From Candidatus Hodarchaeota archaeon (GTDB lineage: Archaea > Asgardarchaeota > Lokiarchaeia > Sigyniarchaeales > SOKP01): a stretch of 64,000 nt of DNA. Below the pieces are notes generated by a model. It saw only the letters and a list, made by a program, of their open reading frames with translations. It searched no databases and was not told the origin of the DNA. The stretch spans positions 160,001 to 224,000 of the forward strand of contig JBHLKM010000003.1 of NCBI GenBank assembly GCA_048886685.1, written 5' to 3'. Made by a program: the position numbers and the translations under genes. Shown here piece by piece: positions 1-9,111 of the stretch. Within the stretch, counting starts at the first letter, position 1. Each line of letters opens with the position of its first letter.

Positions 1-693
1 CGAATAGGTTTTTATCTAGGCTATTTGAGAGACTTAGCAAGAAAGTTGAATAAATTAATTTCTGGCGACCAAGAAACTGAAATGATGCTTTCTTTAGAAG
101 CGTCAGAAATGGAGAAAATAGAGAAGCAACAAATGGAGGAAGAGACTTCTATCCTCAAAAAACCTTCAGTTGAACAAGATAAAGCGGCTTTAGATGATCT
201 TTTAGGATTTTTAGATGATTGGGAAAAAGAAGGTGAAGAATTTGAGGATCTTGAAGCAGGAGTTGATAGTAATGTTGTCTCAATCCCTAAGTCTGTTGGG
301 CTCGAGATAGATCATGAACTAAAAGAAATGGGGGAAGCTCCAATCCCTCAAGTTGAAGAAACATCTATCCTGGAAACTCAATCAGAATTTAAAGTTTATG
401 ATGATGAAGTTCCCCCAATTGCTCTGGATGACTACACACCGATGGAAATTGAGGAAGATTTATCTTCTGAAGAACCTTTACCTGTAGAAGAAGCAACTAC
501 TTATGAGGAATCTCCGCCAGTAGAAGAATTACCCTCATCAAGCGACTTACCTTCGTTAGAAGAATTAGCACCCCCTGATTTTGAGATTGAATCTTCTGCT
601 TCTGAATACGATACTGAATTTGTATTAGAAGAAGAATCAGAAACATTGGGATCTGTTCTACGCGACCTCGGTTGGGACCAAGAAGAAGATTAA
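1..693 (+). CDS. Hypothetical protein, 5'-partial, with a long acidic low-complexity C-terminus
   Basis: Frame is open from base 1 (RIGFYLGYLRDLAR...) to TAA at 691-693; very Glu/Asp/Pro-rich; no family recognised. Confidence 0.6.
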   Translation, partial: RIGFYLGYLRDLARKLNKLISGDQETEMMLSLEASEMEKIEKQQMEEETSILKKPSVEQDKAALDDLLGFLDDWEKEGEEFEDLEAGVDSNVVSIPKSVGLEIDHELKEMGEAPIPQVEETSILETQSEFKVYDDEVPPIALDDYTPMEIEEDLSSEEPLPVEEATTYEESPPVEELPSSSDLPSLEELAPPDFEIESSASEYDTEFVLEEESETLGSVLRDLGWDQEED

Positions 694-769
694 ACCCTAT
701 TTCATGGATTTAACTTTAAAAATAGAAAAGAGAAAGAAATAGCTGTACAAATTTCGAAATTTTAATAAT

Positions 770-1003
770 TTAATATCTTCTATCTTTTGAAATAATTTTT
801 ACATTTAAGGCTTCTGGTCCTTTTCCCTCTTTTGAATCTTTGATTTCAAATTCTACCTCATCTCCCATATCTAACTTACGAAATCCTGACATTTCAATAT
901 TTGAGAAGTGGACGAAAATATCTTCTTGACCATCAACACTGATAAATCCGTATCCTTTTCTTGCATCAAACCATTTAACAATACCTTTTAATCTATTGAA
1001 CAT
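770..1003 (-). CDS. Cold-shock domain protein (Csp family)
   Basis: GIVKWFDARKGYGFI (RNP1) and DIFVHFS (RNP2); start probably at MFNRLKG (1003), ORF track extends to 1021. Confidence 0.93.
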   Translation of the reverse strand: MFNRLKGIVKWFDARKGYGFISVDGQEDIFVHFSNIEMSGFRKLDMGDEVEFEIKDSKEGKGPEALNVKIISKDRRY

Positions 1004-1138
1004 TTTAGTTCTGTATCTCAACTATAACGTAAAATAAAATTATATAGAAAAAGATATTTTGCTTTTAAAATTTTTTTAAATACCCTCTTTTAACTAAGAT
1101 AAAATCAATAAATAATAATATACTACAATTATGTAAAT

Positions 1139-2497
1139 ATGATTTTTGATAAAGTATTACAAATTTTCCAAAAATATTGTATATGTGTCCATTGTCTTGG
1201 TAGAATGTTTTCTTTGTTAGCCTCACAAACAACAAACCAAAAAAGAGGAGATTCTTTATTACTGTCATTAACTATGGAAAATCATAGAAAACTTTTATCA
1301 AATAGTATTCAAGATCAAAAGGAGGCAATATTTAATTTAAAAATATTAGCTGAAAATGCTAATTATTTACCTGCTCAGAAAGTATTAAAAACTGAGGTTA
1401 TAGAATATATATTAAGGGATGAGCACCAACCTTGTTATCTTTGCAATGATATTTTTTTAAAAATTGAAAGGTATGAAAGGAAAGCTATAGAAGATCTAGA
1501 GGGAATTGAATTTAATAACTTCTTAGTTGGATCAACACCTGATTCTCAAATAATAAACAAAGAGGATAAATTCAAATCAGAATTTAATATATTAGAAGCA
1601 GAATCTTTTAAAAGTCATTTCAATCGCGTTATTGGTAAACTTCTAATGGATAAACTTAATAAATTTCCTGAATTCGATAATCCAGAGGTATTAATTGTAT
1701 TTTTTATAGGTTTTGAATCATTTAGTATCAAGTTAATCCTACGATCTCTTTTTATATTTGGAAGATATAATAAACTTTTGAGAGGAATTCCCCAAACTCA
1801 CTGGTTTTGTAAGAATTGCAAGGGAAAAGGATGTGAAGAATGTAATTTTACTGGAAAACAATATTTAATAAGTGTAGAAGAATTAATAAGTCCAGAATTC
1901 ATTAAAGCATCTGGAGCTACAGATTCTAAATTTCATGGTGCTGGAAGGGAAGATATAGACGTGAGGATGCTAGGTTTAGGAAGACCATTTATTCTGGAAC
2001 TAAGATCTCCAAAAATTCGTAATATAAATCTGTCTAAAATGGAGAAAAGTGTAAACCGAAAAAACAAGAAGAAAGTTAGAATTCAAGATCTAAGATATAG
2101 CAGTAAGAGAGAAGTGATCAAACTTAAAGCAGAAGCAAAAGACGCTAAAAAATTTTATAGATCATTAGTAGAATCTGTTGTTAAAATATCTAAAGAAGAA
2201 TTTGAAGAAAAATTGATTCTACTGAAAAATAGGTTTGAAAATCAAGAAATTCATCAACGAACACCCTACAGAGTTTCTCATCGCCGTGCTGATAAAATTA
2301 GAGGGAAGATAATCTATAATATAGAGGGAAAGTATATCAAACCCAATTTGTTTGAATTTATAATCGAAACACAAGGGGGAACTTACATAAAAGAACTTAT
2401 TAATGGTGATAACGGGAGAACTTCTCCCTCATTTTCAGAAATTTTCGAAATATTATTAGTATGTAAAGAATTAGATGTAATAAAAATCTCATCCTAA
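1139..2497 (+). CDS. pus10: tRNA pseudouridine(54/55) synthase Pus10
   Basis: N-terminal CxxC, GRYNKLLRGIPQT, catalytic FHGAGREDIDVRMLG, GGTYIKELING; sits upstream of rpl21e as is usual in archaea. Confidence 0.95.
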   Translation: MIFDKVLQIFQKYCICVHCLGRMFSLLASQTTNQKRGDSLLLSLTMENHRKLLSNSIQDQKEAIFNLKILAENANYLPAQKVLKTEVIEYILRDEHQPCYLCNDIFLKIERYERKAIEDLEGIEFNNFLVGSTPDSQIINKEDKFKSEFNILEAESFKSHFNRVIGKLLMDKLNKFPEFDNPEVLIVFFIGFESFSIKLILRSLFIFGRYNKLLRGIPQTHWFCKNCKGKGCEECNFTGKQYLISVEELISPEFIKASGATDSKFHGAGREDIDVRMLGLGRPFILELRSPKIRNINLSKMEKSVNRKNKKKVRIQDLRYSSKREVIKLKAEAKDAKKFYRSLVESVVKISKEEFEEKLILLKNRFENQEIHQRTPYRVSHRRADKIRGKIIYNIEGKYIKPNLFEFIIETQGGTYIKELINGDNGRTSPSFSEIFEILLVCKELDVIKISS

Positions 2498-2605
2498 ACT
2501 TATCTAATAACTAACACACTCATATGAAATCAAAAAATAAATAAACAATAAATCATAATTCTACTAAATCAATTGATTTTAGTACATAATTTAATTCTTA
2601 TAGGT

Positions 2606-2920
2606 GTGAGTACAATAACAAAACATCATGGATTTCGTGCGAAAACGAGACATAAACACAGAAAAAATGTCCGTAAACGAGGACTTGGAAGTATTGAAAA
2701 ATATTTAATTGATTATAAAGTAAATGACAAAGTTGATATAATTACTGATCCCTCACATCACAAGCGAGGCATGCCTCACAGTCGTTATCATGGTAGAACT
2801 GGTACAATCATAGAGAAAAGAGGGCGATGTTATCTAGTGGAAGTAAAATTAGGGAATTCAACAAAAACTCTAATAATTGGTACTGAACACTTAAGATTAA
2901 ATCCTGTTTCTGCAAAATAA
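2606..2920 (+). CDS. rpl21e: 50S ribosomal protein L21e
   Basis: HGFRAKTRHK and KRGMPHSRYHGRTG motifs; start uncertain (GTG 2606 or ATA 2615). Confidence 0.93.
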   Translation: MSTITKHHGFRAKTRHKHRKNVRKRGLGSIEKYLIDYKVNDKVDIITDPSHHKRGMPHSRYHGRTGTIIEKRGRCYLVEVKLGNSTKTLIIGTEHLRLNPVSAK

Positions 2921-2945
2921 AAATGATTTAAATATTGGTATAGCA

Positions 2946-3311
2946 ATGTCTGGACGAAAATTAGACGAAAAAACGGTTTCAATCCCGGAAGTAAAAGAAA
3001 TTATGGAATATGTTAAGGAACAAATGGAAGAAATTGATTCTGAGGAAGGTATGTCTCACTTTCAAGAAATTACATACAATTATGTCAATAAATTTGCTAA
3101 AATAGACACCAAAAAGGCAAAAGAAATAAAGAAATTTCTTATAGAGAAATATGATCTTGAAGAAATTTATGCCATTAACATTGTAAACATAGATCCTCAA
3201 ACTGTGCCTGAATTAAGAATTATTCTAGAAAAATCTTTTACTGGAAAAACATTGAATGATAAACAATTGGAAATTCTTATTGAAGAGCTTGAAGAAATCA
3301 AAACTTCTTAA
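2946..3311 (+). CDS. rpo4: RNA polymerase subunit Rpo4 (RpoF)
   Basis: VSIPEVKEIM, YVNKFAK, IVNIDPQTVPELRIIL; rpl21e-rpoF-DUF655-ksgA synteny. Confidence 0.88.
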   Translation: MSGRKLDEKTVSIPEVKEIMEYVKEQMEEIDSEEGMSHFQEITYNYVNKFAKIDTKKAKEIKKFLIEKYDLEEIYAINIVNIDPQTVPELRIILEKSFTGKTLNDKQLEILIEELEEIKTS

Positions 3312-3445
3312 AATTTAGATCGAAGAATTTATAAATCTATATTGTTTTAAATTCTAATGAACTACCCCAACTCATTAAGTAGTTTATAAAAAATAAAATT
3401 TCGAAATGGCTATCGGAAAATTAAAAATCAATAATATTGGTAATG

Positions 3446-4087
3446 ATGGAAAGAAGAGATCGATACAGAGGTCCACCTCGCAGAAGAGGATATCAAAGTG
3501 GTCCCAAAAAGAAAAAACAGTTTATAAAAAAATTTCGGGAGATTATAGTCTTAGATCTTCTTTTGCACGGTCATCCAGAGGAAGATAAACCAAGTTGGGC
3601 AAAAACGCCGATAGCACAAGTTCTTACTTTTCCAGATTTTGTTCTCTATGAGGTTAAGATGAATAAGAATTCCAATATTGGAGTACAAGAACAAAAAACC
3701 TATGAGGAATTTTTAAACGAAGATAAATTAAGAGATGTCTTAAAGAAAATCGATTTTAATGATTTAACCAGTACTTCAAAAGCGTTGATTCAGCCTATTC
3801 TTGAAAAAGAGGTCTTAAAATATGAGGAAGAATTTATTAACTTCTTTAATAACTCCACCTCGATTACTCCCCGTATGCACGCTTTAAAATTATTACCCGG
3901 GATTGGTCAAAAACATATGTGGGAAATTCTTGAAGCAAGAGAAAGACAAAAATTTGTAACATTTCAAGATATTTCTGATAGAACGAGCATTTCAAACCCC
4001 GCTAAACTTATTGCTCAACGAATTATAAAAGAACTCCAAAGAGATGCAAAATATTACCTTTTTAGTAAAACTCAAAAATATGAGTAA
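3446..4087 (+). CDS. DUF655 family putative nucleic-acid-binding protein
   Basis: FFNNSTSITPRMHALKLLPGIGQKHMWEILEAR (HhH-like) and conserved synteny; start approximate. Confidence 0.85.
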   Translation: MERRDRYRGPPRRRGYQSGPKKKKQFIKKFREIIVLDLLLHGHPEEDKPSWAKTPIAQVLTFPDFVLYEVKMNKNSNIGVQEQKTYEEFLNEDKLRDVLKKIDFNDLTSTSKALIQPILEKEVLKYEEEFINFFNNSTSITPRMHALKLLPGIGQKHMWEILEARERQKFVTFQDISDRTSISNPAKLIAQRIIKELQRDAKYYLFSKTQKYE

Positions 4088-4092
4088 ATAAT

Positions 4093-4929
4093 ATGAATTT
4101 TAAAGACGTACAACTAATCCTTAATCAGTTGGATTTCAAACCTAAAAGACAATTAGGTCAAAATTTCTTAACTGACCCAAATATATTAGAAAAAATCATA
4201 CGCATATCTGAGATATCAAAAGAGGATACAATATTAGAAGTAGGACCCGGTATTGGGGCATTAACAGAATCATTAATAGAGAAAGCTAAGAAAGTATATG
4301 CAATAGAAATCGACCCGATTCTAAGCAAATTCCTTTCAGAAAAATTTTCAATGTATAATAATATTGAAATAATTAATGATGACATCTTAAAAGTTAATCT
4401 TCCTTCACATAATAAGGTTATATCAAATATACCATATAAGATAACCGGCCCTATTTTAGAAAAGGTGTTTTTTAAACAAAATCCACCTCAAGGGATCTTA
4501 ACTATTGAAAAAAGTATTGCAAACCGAATTTTTTTATTAAAAAATTATAAGAATTTTTCTAGAATTAGCGTAGGTTTAAATTTTTTCATGAAACCAATTA
4601 AAAAGTATTCAATTCCACGAAATAGCTTTTATCCGATTCCAAAAATTGACTTAACTCTTATTAAAATTGTTCCCAAAGAAAATCTAAATCCCCTTCTACT
4701 GAAGGAAGAATCTATTCAACTATTTTTAAAGTTTATTGCTGGTATCATGCCTTACAAAAATAAAAATATCGTAAATGCTCTCTACTTCTTTTTAAAAGCT
4801 AATAATTACTCTTACCCTACAAAAGAGCAAATTTTACAAATCTTACAAGAAAAAAATTTTGAAAACAAGAAACTATTTAACTTTAATATAGAAGAATTTA
4901 TTGAGCTAAGCCAAATTTTTTATTCCTAA
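4093..4929 (+). CDS. ksgA: 16S rRNA m6,2A dimethyltransferase KsgA/RsmA/Dim1
   Basis: LGQNFL, ILEVGPGIGALT, ISNIPYKIT. Confidence 0.95.
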   Translation: MNFKDVQLILNQLDFKPKRQLGQNFLTDPNILEKIIRISEISKEDTILEVGPGIGALTESLIEKAKKVYAIEIDPILSKFLSEKFSMYNNIEIINDDILKVNLPSHNKVISNIPYKITGPILEKVFFKQNPPQGILTIEKSIANRIFLLKNYKNFSRISVGLNFFMKPIKKYSIPRNSFYPIPKIDLTLIKIVPKENLNPLLLKEESIQLFLKFIAGIMPYKNKNIVNALYFFLKANNYSYPTKEQILQILQEKNFENKKLFNFNIEEFIELSQIFYS

Positions 4930-4947
4930 ATTAAAACTTCTGAGGAT

Positions 4948-5643
4948 TTGATTACAATTAATTTTATACCTGATCTATTAATTGAATGTGATTTTAAAAA
5001 TGTTTATTATCCATCTGACGATTCATATTTATTAATTGATTATTTTAGAAAAAAAATAAATGAGGATTTCTTTGATGGTATTAAGCTAGAAAAAGTTGAA
5101 AAAATATTAGATATGGGTACCGGTACAGGTATAATCGCAATTTTTTTTCAAATCCTAAAATCTCTCTACCCAAAATTCAAACCTATAATATATGCCTCGG
5201 ATATTTCAGAAGAATCTATTATTTGTGCTAAAGGTAATGAAATCCTTAATAAAATCAATTATGAAATTGAATACTTTCAATCTGATTTATTTAAGTCTTT
5301 CCCAGATTCTTTAAGATCTAAATTTAATATTATAGTTTTTAATCCCCCTTATTTACCCACTTCTTCAGTTATAAAGGAAAGCACTAATAAAAAAGCTATT
5401 GATCATAGTTGGGATGGAGGCTATAAAGGAATTGAAATATTAACTGATTTCCTTAAAGAAGCGAAGAAATTTCTAAATTTAAAGAACCCTCATTATGTCT
5501 ATTATATTAGTTCTAGTAGCTCAAAAATAGACGAGTTGGATAAACAAATAATTGACCTAGGATATGAGAATGAAAAATTAGAAAAAATTCATATGTTCTT
5601 CGAAGATATTATTTTAAACCGAATACAATATATTAAAAGTTAA
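4948..5643 (+). CDS. HemK2/Mtq2-like protein-glutamine methyltransferase
   Basis: VYYPSDDSYLL, LDMGTGTG, FNPPYLP, WDGG. Confidence 0.88.
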   Translation: MITINFIPDLLIECDFKNVYYPSDDSYLLIDYFRKKINEDFFDGIKLEKVEKILDMGTGTGIIAIFFQILKSLYPKFKPIIYASDISEESIICAKGNEILNKINYEIEYFQSDLFKSFPDSLRSKFNIIVFNPPYLPTSSVIKESTNKKAIDHSWDGGYKGIEILTDFLKEAKKFLNLKNPHYVYYISSSSSKIDELDKQIIDLGYENEKLEKIHMFFEDIILNRIQYIKS

Positions 5644-6920
5644 AAAGGTCTTCGATTTCTTCTTTTTTCTAATAATGAAATACCATCATTATGCAAAGTT
5701 CTTGTCAGATTGTTCATTAAAAGATCAACTTCATTTGGTTTAAATAATGAACGTATATGTGCCTCAATTTGAGGAATTGGCAGTCCATAATGTTGATTTA
5801 GACTTGATATAGGTAATAAAATTGAAGATATTAAATCCGCTTTCTTAGAAGCTTTTTCGATAGGCTCCTCTTCGTCCATAAAAAATTCGATCCTACAAGG
5901 CGTATCATATCTGGTTGTTTTAAGATAAAATGCATAAAATGAAAGTGGAAAATAATATGGAATTTCCTTTTTTATCCCTGTGTCTCTAATTTTATCAATC
6001 TCTCGTTTACAATTAAAAATGCAGCTCCTTTCAGACTTTTTCAGTATCCTATTAAATAAATCGATGTCTGAGAAATATTTAATAACTTCCCGATAATTTA
6101 ATTTAACTACATCACTTAACTTTGAATAACTTGGCTTTAATAACTGAATTGAATCACATAAAAGATTTGATAATGCAGATGTTCTTGTATCCTTAATAGA
6201 TCCAATAAGAATAATACCTTTTTCTTTACAGTATGAATATAGTTTGTGATATGCTTTTAATAGACTATCATATTTTATCGATATTTCAGGATCTTTTGAA
6301 AATAATAAATTTATAGGCATAATGACAATAGATCCATCAATAATTATAAGATCTATATCATCAGATTTTTTTATCATCTTATTAAGTAAATTGATTTCTA
6401 TATATCTCAGGTCCATTGAGACATCTGCATCAACGGTATTCTCATCTCGATTAATAAAATTCCCCTGAACGAAATAGTTATTAAAACCACTTAAATCTGG
6501 GAAATACTCTATATTAGCAACATGGTTTTCTTTAAAATAGTATTTCACAGCAATTCCTTTTAAAAATGAAAAATCAACATTCATAAATTTCCTTATCACT
6601 GAGCTTCCATCAACACTTACTACATTTAAGCCTCTTAAATTCGAAGATAACAATGATTTCTTTAGGAACTTTTCTTTAATATAAAATCTAGGAAATTTTA
6701 TAAAATGTGAAAAATCTAAATCTTCTATATTTTTTAAGATAATCTTAGAAAATGTTTTCTTTAATTTTTCAACCTTAAGATATTCGTTAGCAATAATTTT
6801 TAAATCTTTCAATAAAATTTGTTCTTTTGTTAAGCCTATATTATTTCTTAATGCACTTTTATTATTGAGAAATGTTAATTTCTCATTATTAAGCTTAATG
6901 GGATTTTCTCTTATTGTCAT
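5640..6920 (-). CDS. nurA: NurA-domain nuclease
   Basis: SVDGS, IIIDGS, IGSIKD and C-terminal YGLPIPQIEAH NurA-type motifs. Confidence 0.8.
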   Translation of the reverse strand: MTIRENPIKLNNEKLTFLNNKSALRNNIGLTKEQILLKDLKIIANEYLKVEKLKKTFSKIILKNIEDLDFSHFIKFPRFYIKEKFLKKSLLSSNLRGLNVVSVDGSSVIRKFMNVDFSFLKGIAVKYYFKENHVANIEYFPDLSGFNNYFVQGNFINRDENTVDADVSMDLRYIEINLLNKMIKKSDDIDLIIIDGSIVIMPINLLFSKDPEISIKYDSLLKAYHKLYSYCKEKGIILIGSIKDTRTSALSNLLCDSIQLLKPSYSKLSDVVKLNYREVIKYFSDIDLFNRILKKSERSCIFNCKREIDKIRDTGIKKEIPYYFPLSFYAFYLKTTRYDTPCRIEFFMDEEEPIEKASKKADLISSILLPISSLNQHYGLPIPQIEAHIRSLFKPNEVDLLMNNLTRTLHNDGISLLEKRRNRRPF

Positions 6921-7020
6921 TACAAGAACTAAAAAATAAGGATAATAATAATAATAATGAGATATTTAATTTTTTGATTTTTTAAGGTTAATTGAAAAGA
7001 AAATTTATAATAGATTATCA

Positions 7021-7656
7021 ATGCAGTTAGGAAAAAATCCCTGGATTTTAATCGGGTTAATTTTTCTGGAGATACTCTTTGTTTTAGTACCTGCTTACAT
7101 TTCAAGCAAAATTGAGAAAAAAACATTCAAAACGTTATTGTTTGAAATGGGATTTCAGAAGAATAATGATTTTTTAATTAAAATTATTGCGGGATTAAGT
7201 ATTGGGGTCATATTTTTCTCATTTGGGGATTTCATTCTTATTTTTTTTCGACATATGGTAATAGAAAATTTGTTTGGTACTGAATTTATTGAGGAGGGAC
7301 AAGAAGGAGTAATTAATACTATCCCTTTCCAACCCGATTTGGTCCAAATAATCATTTTTGTTATCCTACAAATAATTATAATTGGCCCTTGTGAAGAAGC
7401 TTTTTTTAGAGGATTTATTATTAAAAAACTTAATGTAAAAATAAAAACAGCATATTCTGTAATAATTTCATCGATTTTTTTTGCACTTTATCACGTTCCC
7501 CCTATGATTGTACCTTTATCTACAACCATTACCTATTTTGGTTATTATTTTGCAATTGGTTTGTTATTAGCTTCGACTTTCATATCGTTTGAATATTCTT
7601 TAATTCCCTGTTCGATATCTCATTCTTGTCTTAATGTCCTAATATTCTTAATATGA
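7021..7656 (+). CDS. CPBP (Abi/Rce1-like) intramembrane glutamic endopeptidase
   Basis: Multiple TM segments; EEAFFRG, FALYH and SHSCLN motifs. Confidence 0.88.
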   Translation: MQLGKNPWILIGLIFLEILFVLVPAYISSKIEKKTFKTLLFEMGFQKNNDFLIKIIAGLSIGVIFFSFGDFILIFFRHMVIENLFGTEFIEEGQEGVINTIPFQPDLVQIIIFVILQIIIIGPCEEAFFRGFIIKKLNVKIKTAYSVIISSIFFALYHVPPMIVPLSTTITYFGYYFAIGLLLASTFISFEYSLIPCSISHSCLNVLIFLI

Positions 7657-7806
7657 ATTTTAGTTCATATGAAATATTAAATTTAAATTAAACAAAAACT
7701 AATTAATATTAGGGCTATTAATATCATAAGGTTTTTTTACACTTTTAATATGATATAACCCTAAAAGCTAAGAGAAATTCCCGAAGGAAATTATTCGTTG
7801 AGGAGA

Positions 7807-8322
7807 ATGACACAATACGATTATACGTTTAAATTAATGATGTTGGGTGATGCTTCAGTAGGAAAAACATCACTCACTCTTAGATACATCTCTGGATACT
7901 TCATGCAAGACTTAAAACTGACATTAGGCGTTGATTTCTATTCTAAGACAACGGTCTTTAACGGTAAGAAAGTTAAATTACAAATTTGGGATTTTGGTGG
8001 AGAAGAGCGATTTAGATTTCTGCTTTCTCAATATAGTAAAGGGGCAAATGGTGCCTTCTTTCTTTATGATATAACAAATCCAATGAGTCTGGAACATCTC
8101 CCAGATTGGACTCAAATTGTTAGAGAAAATGCGGGAGACATTCCAATAATGTTAATTGGTTCAAAAAAAGATTTAGATGAATTTCGAGCAGTTCCACGAG
8201 AAGATGGAATATTAGCCGCTAAAAAATATAATCTTGCTTCTTTTGTTGAACTATCTTCAAAAACAGGAGAAAATGTCGAGAAGGCATTTGATGTATTAAC
8301 TGAGTTACTTTTTGAAGATTAA
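7807..8322 (+). CDS. Rab-like small GTPase
   Basis: G1 GDASVGKT, G2 TLGVDF, G3 WDFGGEERF, G4 SKKD, G5 SSK; GAGGA SD-like site before ATG 7807. Confidence 0.93.
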   Translation: MTQYDYTFKLMMLGDASVGKTSLTLRYISGYFMQDLKLTLGVDFYSKTTVFNGKKVKLQIWDFGGEERFRFLLSQYSKGANGAFFLYDITNPMSLEHLPDWTQIVRENAGDIPIMLIGSKKDLDEFRAVPREDGILAAKKYNLASFVELSSKTGENVEKAFDVLTELLFED

Positions 8323-8430
8323 TAAGATCAAAGAAGTCATTTTTTTTTTAAGATTCTTGTATTAAGCTTAAAATGATATTTACAGATTATAATAATATAG
8401 TTTAAATCGTATAAGAATAGAATGATTATT

Positions 8431-8955
8431 ATGAACGATGAAGAACCGCCAAGACCTAAAGGAATAGATACAAACATTGAAGCACCTCAAATAGATACCG
8501 TAGATATTTATGAAAATAAAATCAATTTAAGTGAGCTTCTCAAGGAATATGATGGAGTTTTAATAGATTTCTTTCGAGGAAACTGGTGAAGTCATTGTAA
8601 AAAGCATTTAAAATTGTTGACAGAAAATTTATCAGAATTTACAACGCGAAATATAAAAATAATCTCTATTGTAAGTGATAGTGTAAGATTACTGAGAACT
8701 TTTAAAGAAGAAAATAATTTTAAAGTCGATTTAATCTCTGATCGTGGTGCTAAAATAGCTAAGGAATATGATGTCTATTGGTTTGCCCCTGGAGGAGGAA
8801 AAAAATACAAAATAAAACAAGCAGTTCCAAGTAAATTTTTAATTGATAAAAAAGGAATGATTATATGGAAATATATCGGCAAAGATAAAACAGATAGACC
8901 TTCCATTGAAATGATGACATCGATTATTGATAAAAATATGAAAAATCCTAATTAA
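8431..8955 (+). CDS. Peroxiredoxin-like (AhpC/TSA) selenoprotein; in-frame UGA at 8587-8589 read as Sec, about 174 aa
   Basis: Continuous frame from ATG 8431 (or 8422): ...LIDFFRGNW-TGA-SHCKKHL..., joining the ORF-track 8614..8955 fragment. UGA occupies the first Cys of the FFRGxWCPxC motif. Confidence 0.88.
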
Positions 8956-8957
8956 GA

Positions 8958-9013
8958 ATGAATTGTGCGTGAAAAAACCGAGACGCCCGAGGACGACCCT
9001 GCAAGGGACGGGA
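8958..9013 (+). promoter_or_regulatory. Candidate 3'-UTR SECIS element
   Basis: GC-rich structured patch starting 3 nt after the Prx stop in AT-rich DNA: ATGAA / stem TTGTGCGT-ACGCCCGA / apical A-run / GGAC, plus hairpin CCCT-GCA-AGGG. Confidence 0.6.
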
Positions 9014-9111
9014 TTTACTTTTCTAATTTTTTTATTGTTTTCTTAGAAAATTTTTTATTTATCATTTATTATGTATTGTTCAAAACTTAGTTTACTAAAC
9101 TTGAGAAAATT

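Noticed and set aside
8614-8955. 113-aa ORF as a stand-alone gene
   Set aside because: It lacks the active site and is the post-UGA part of the Prx-like selenoprotein
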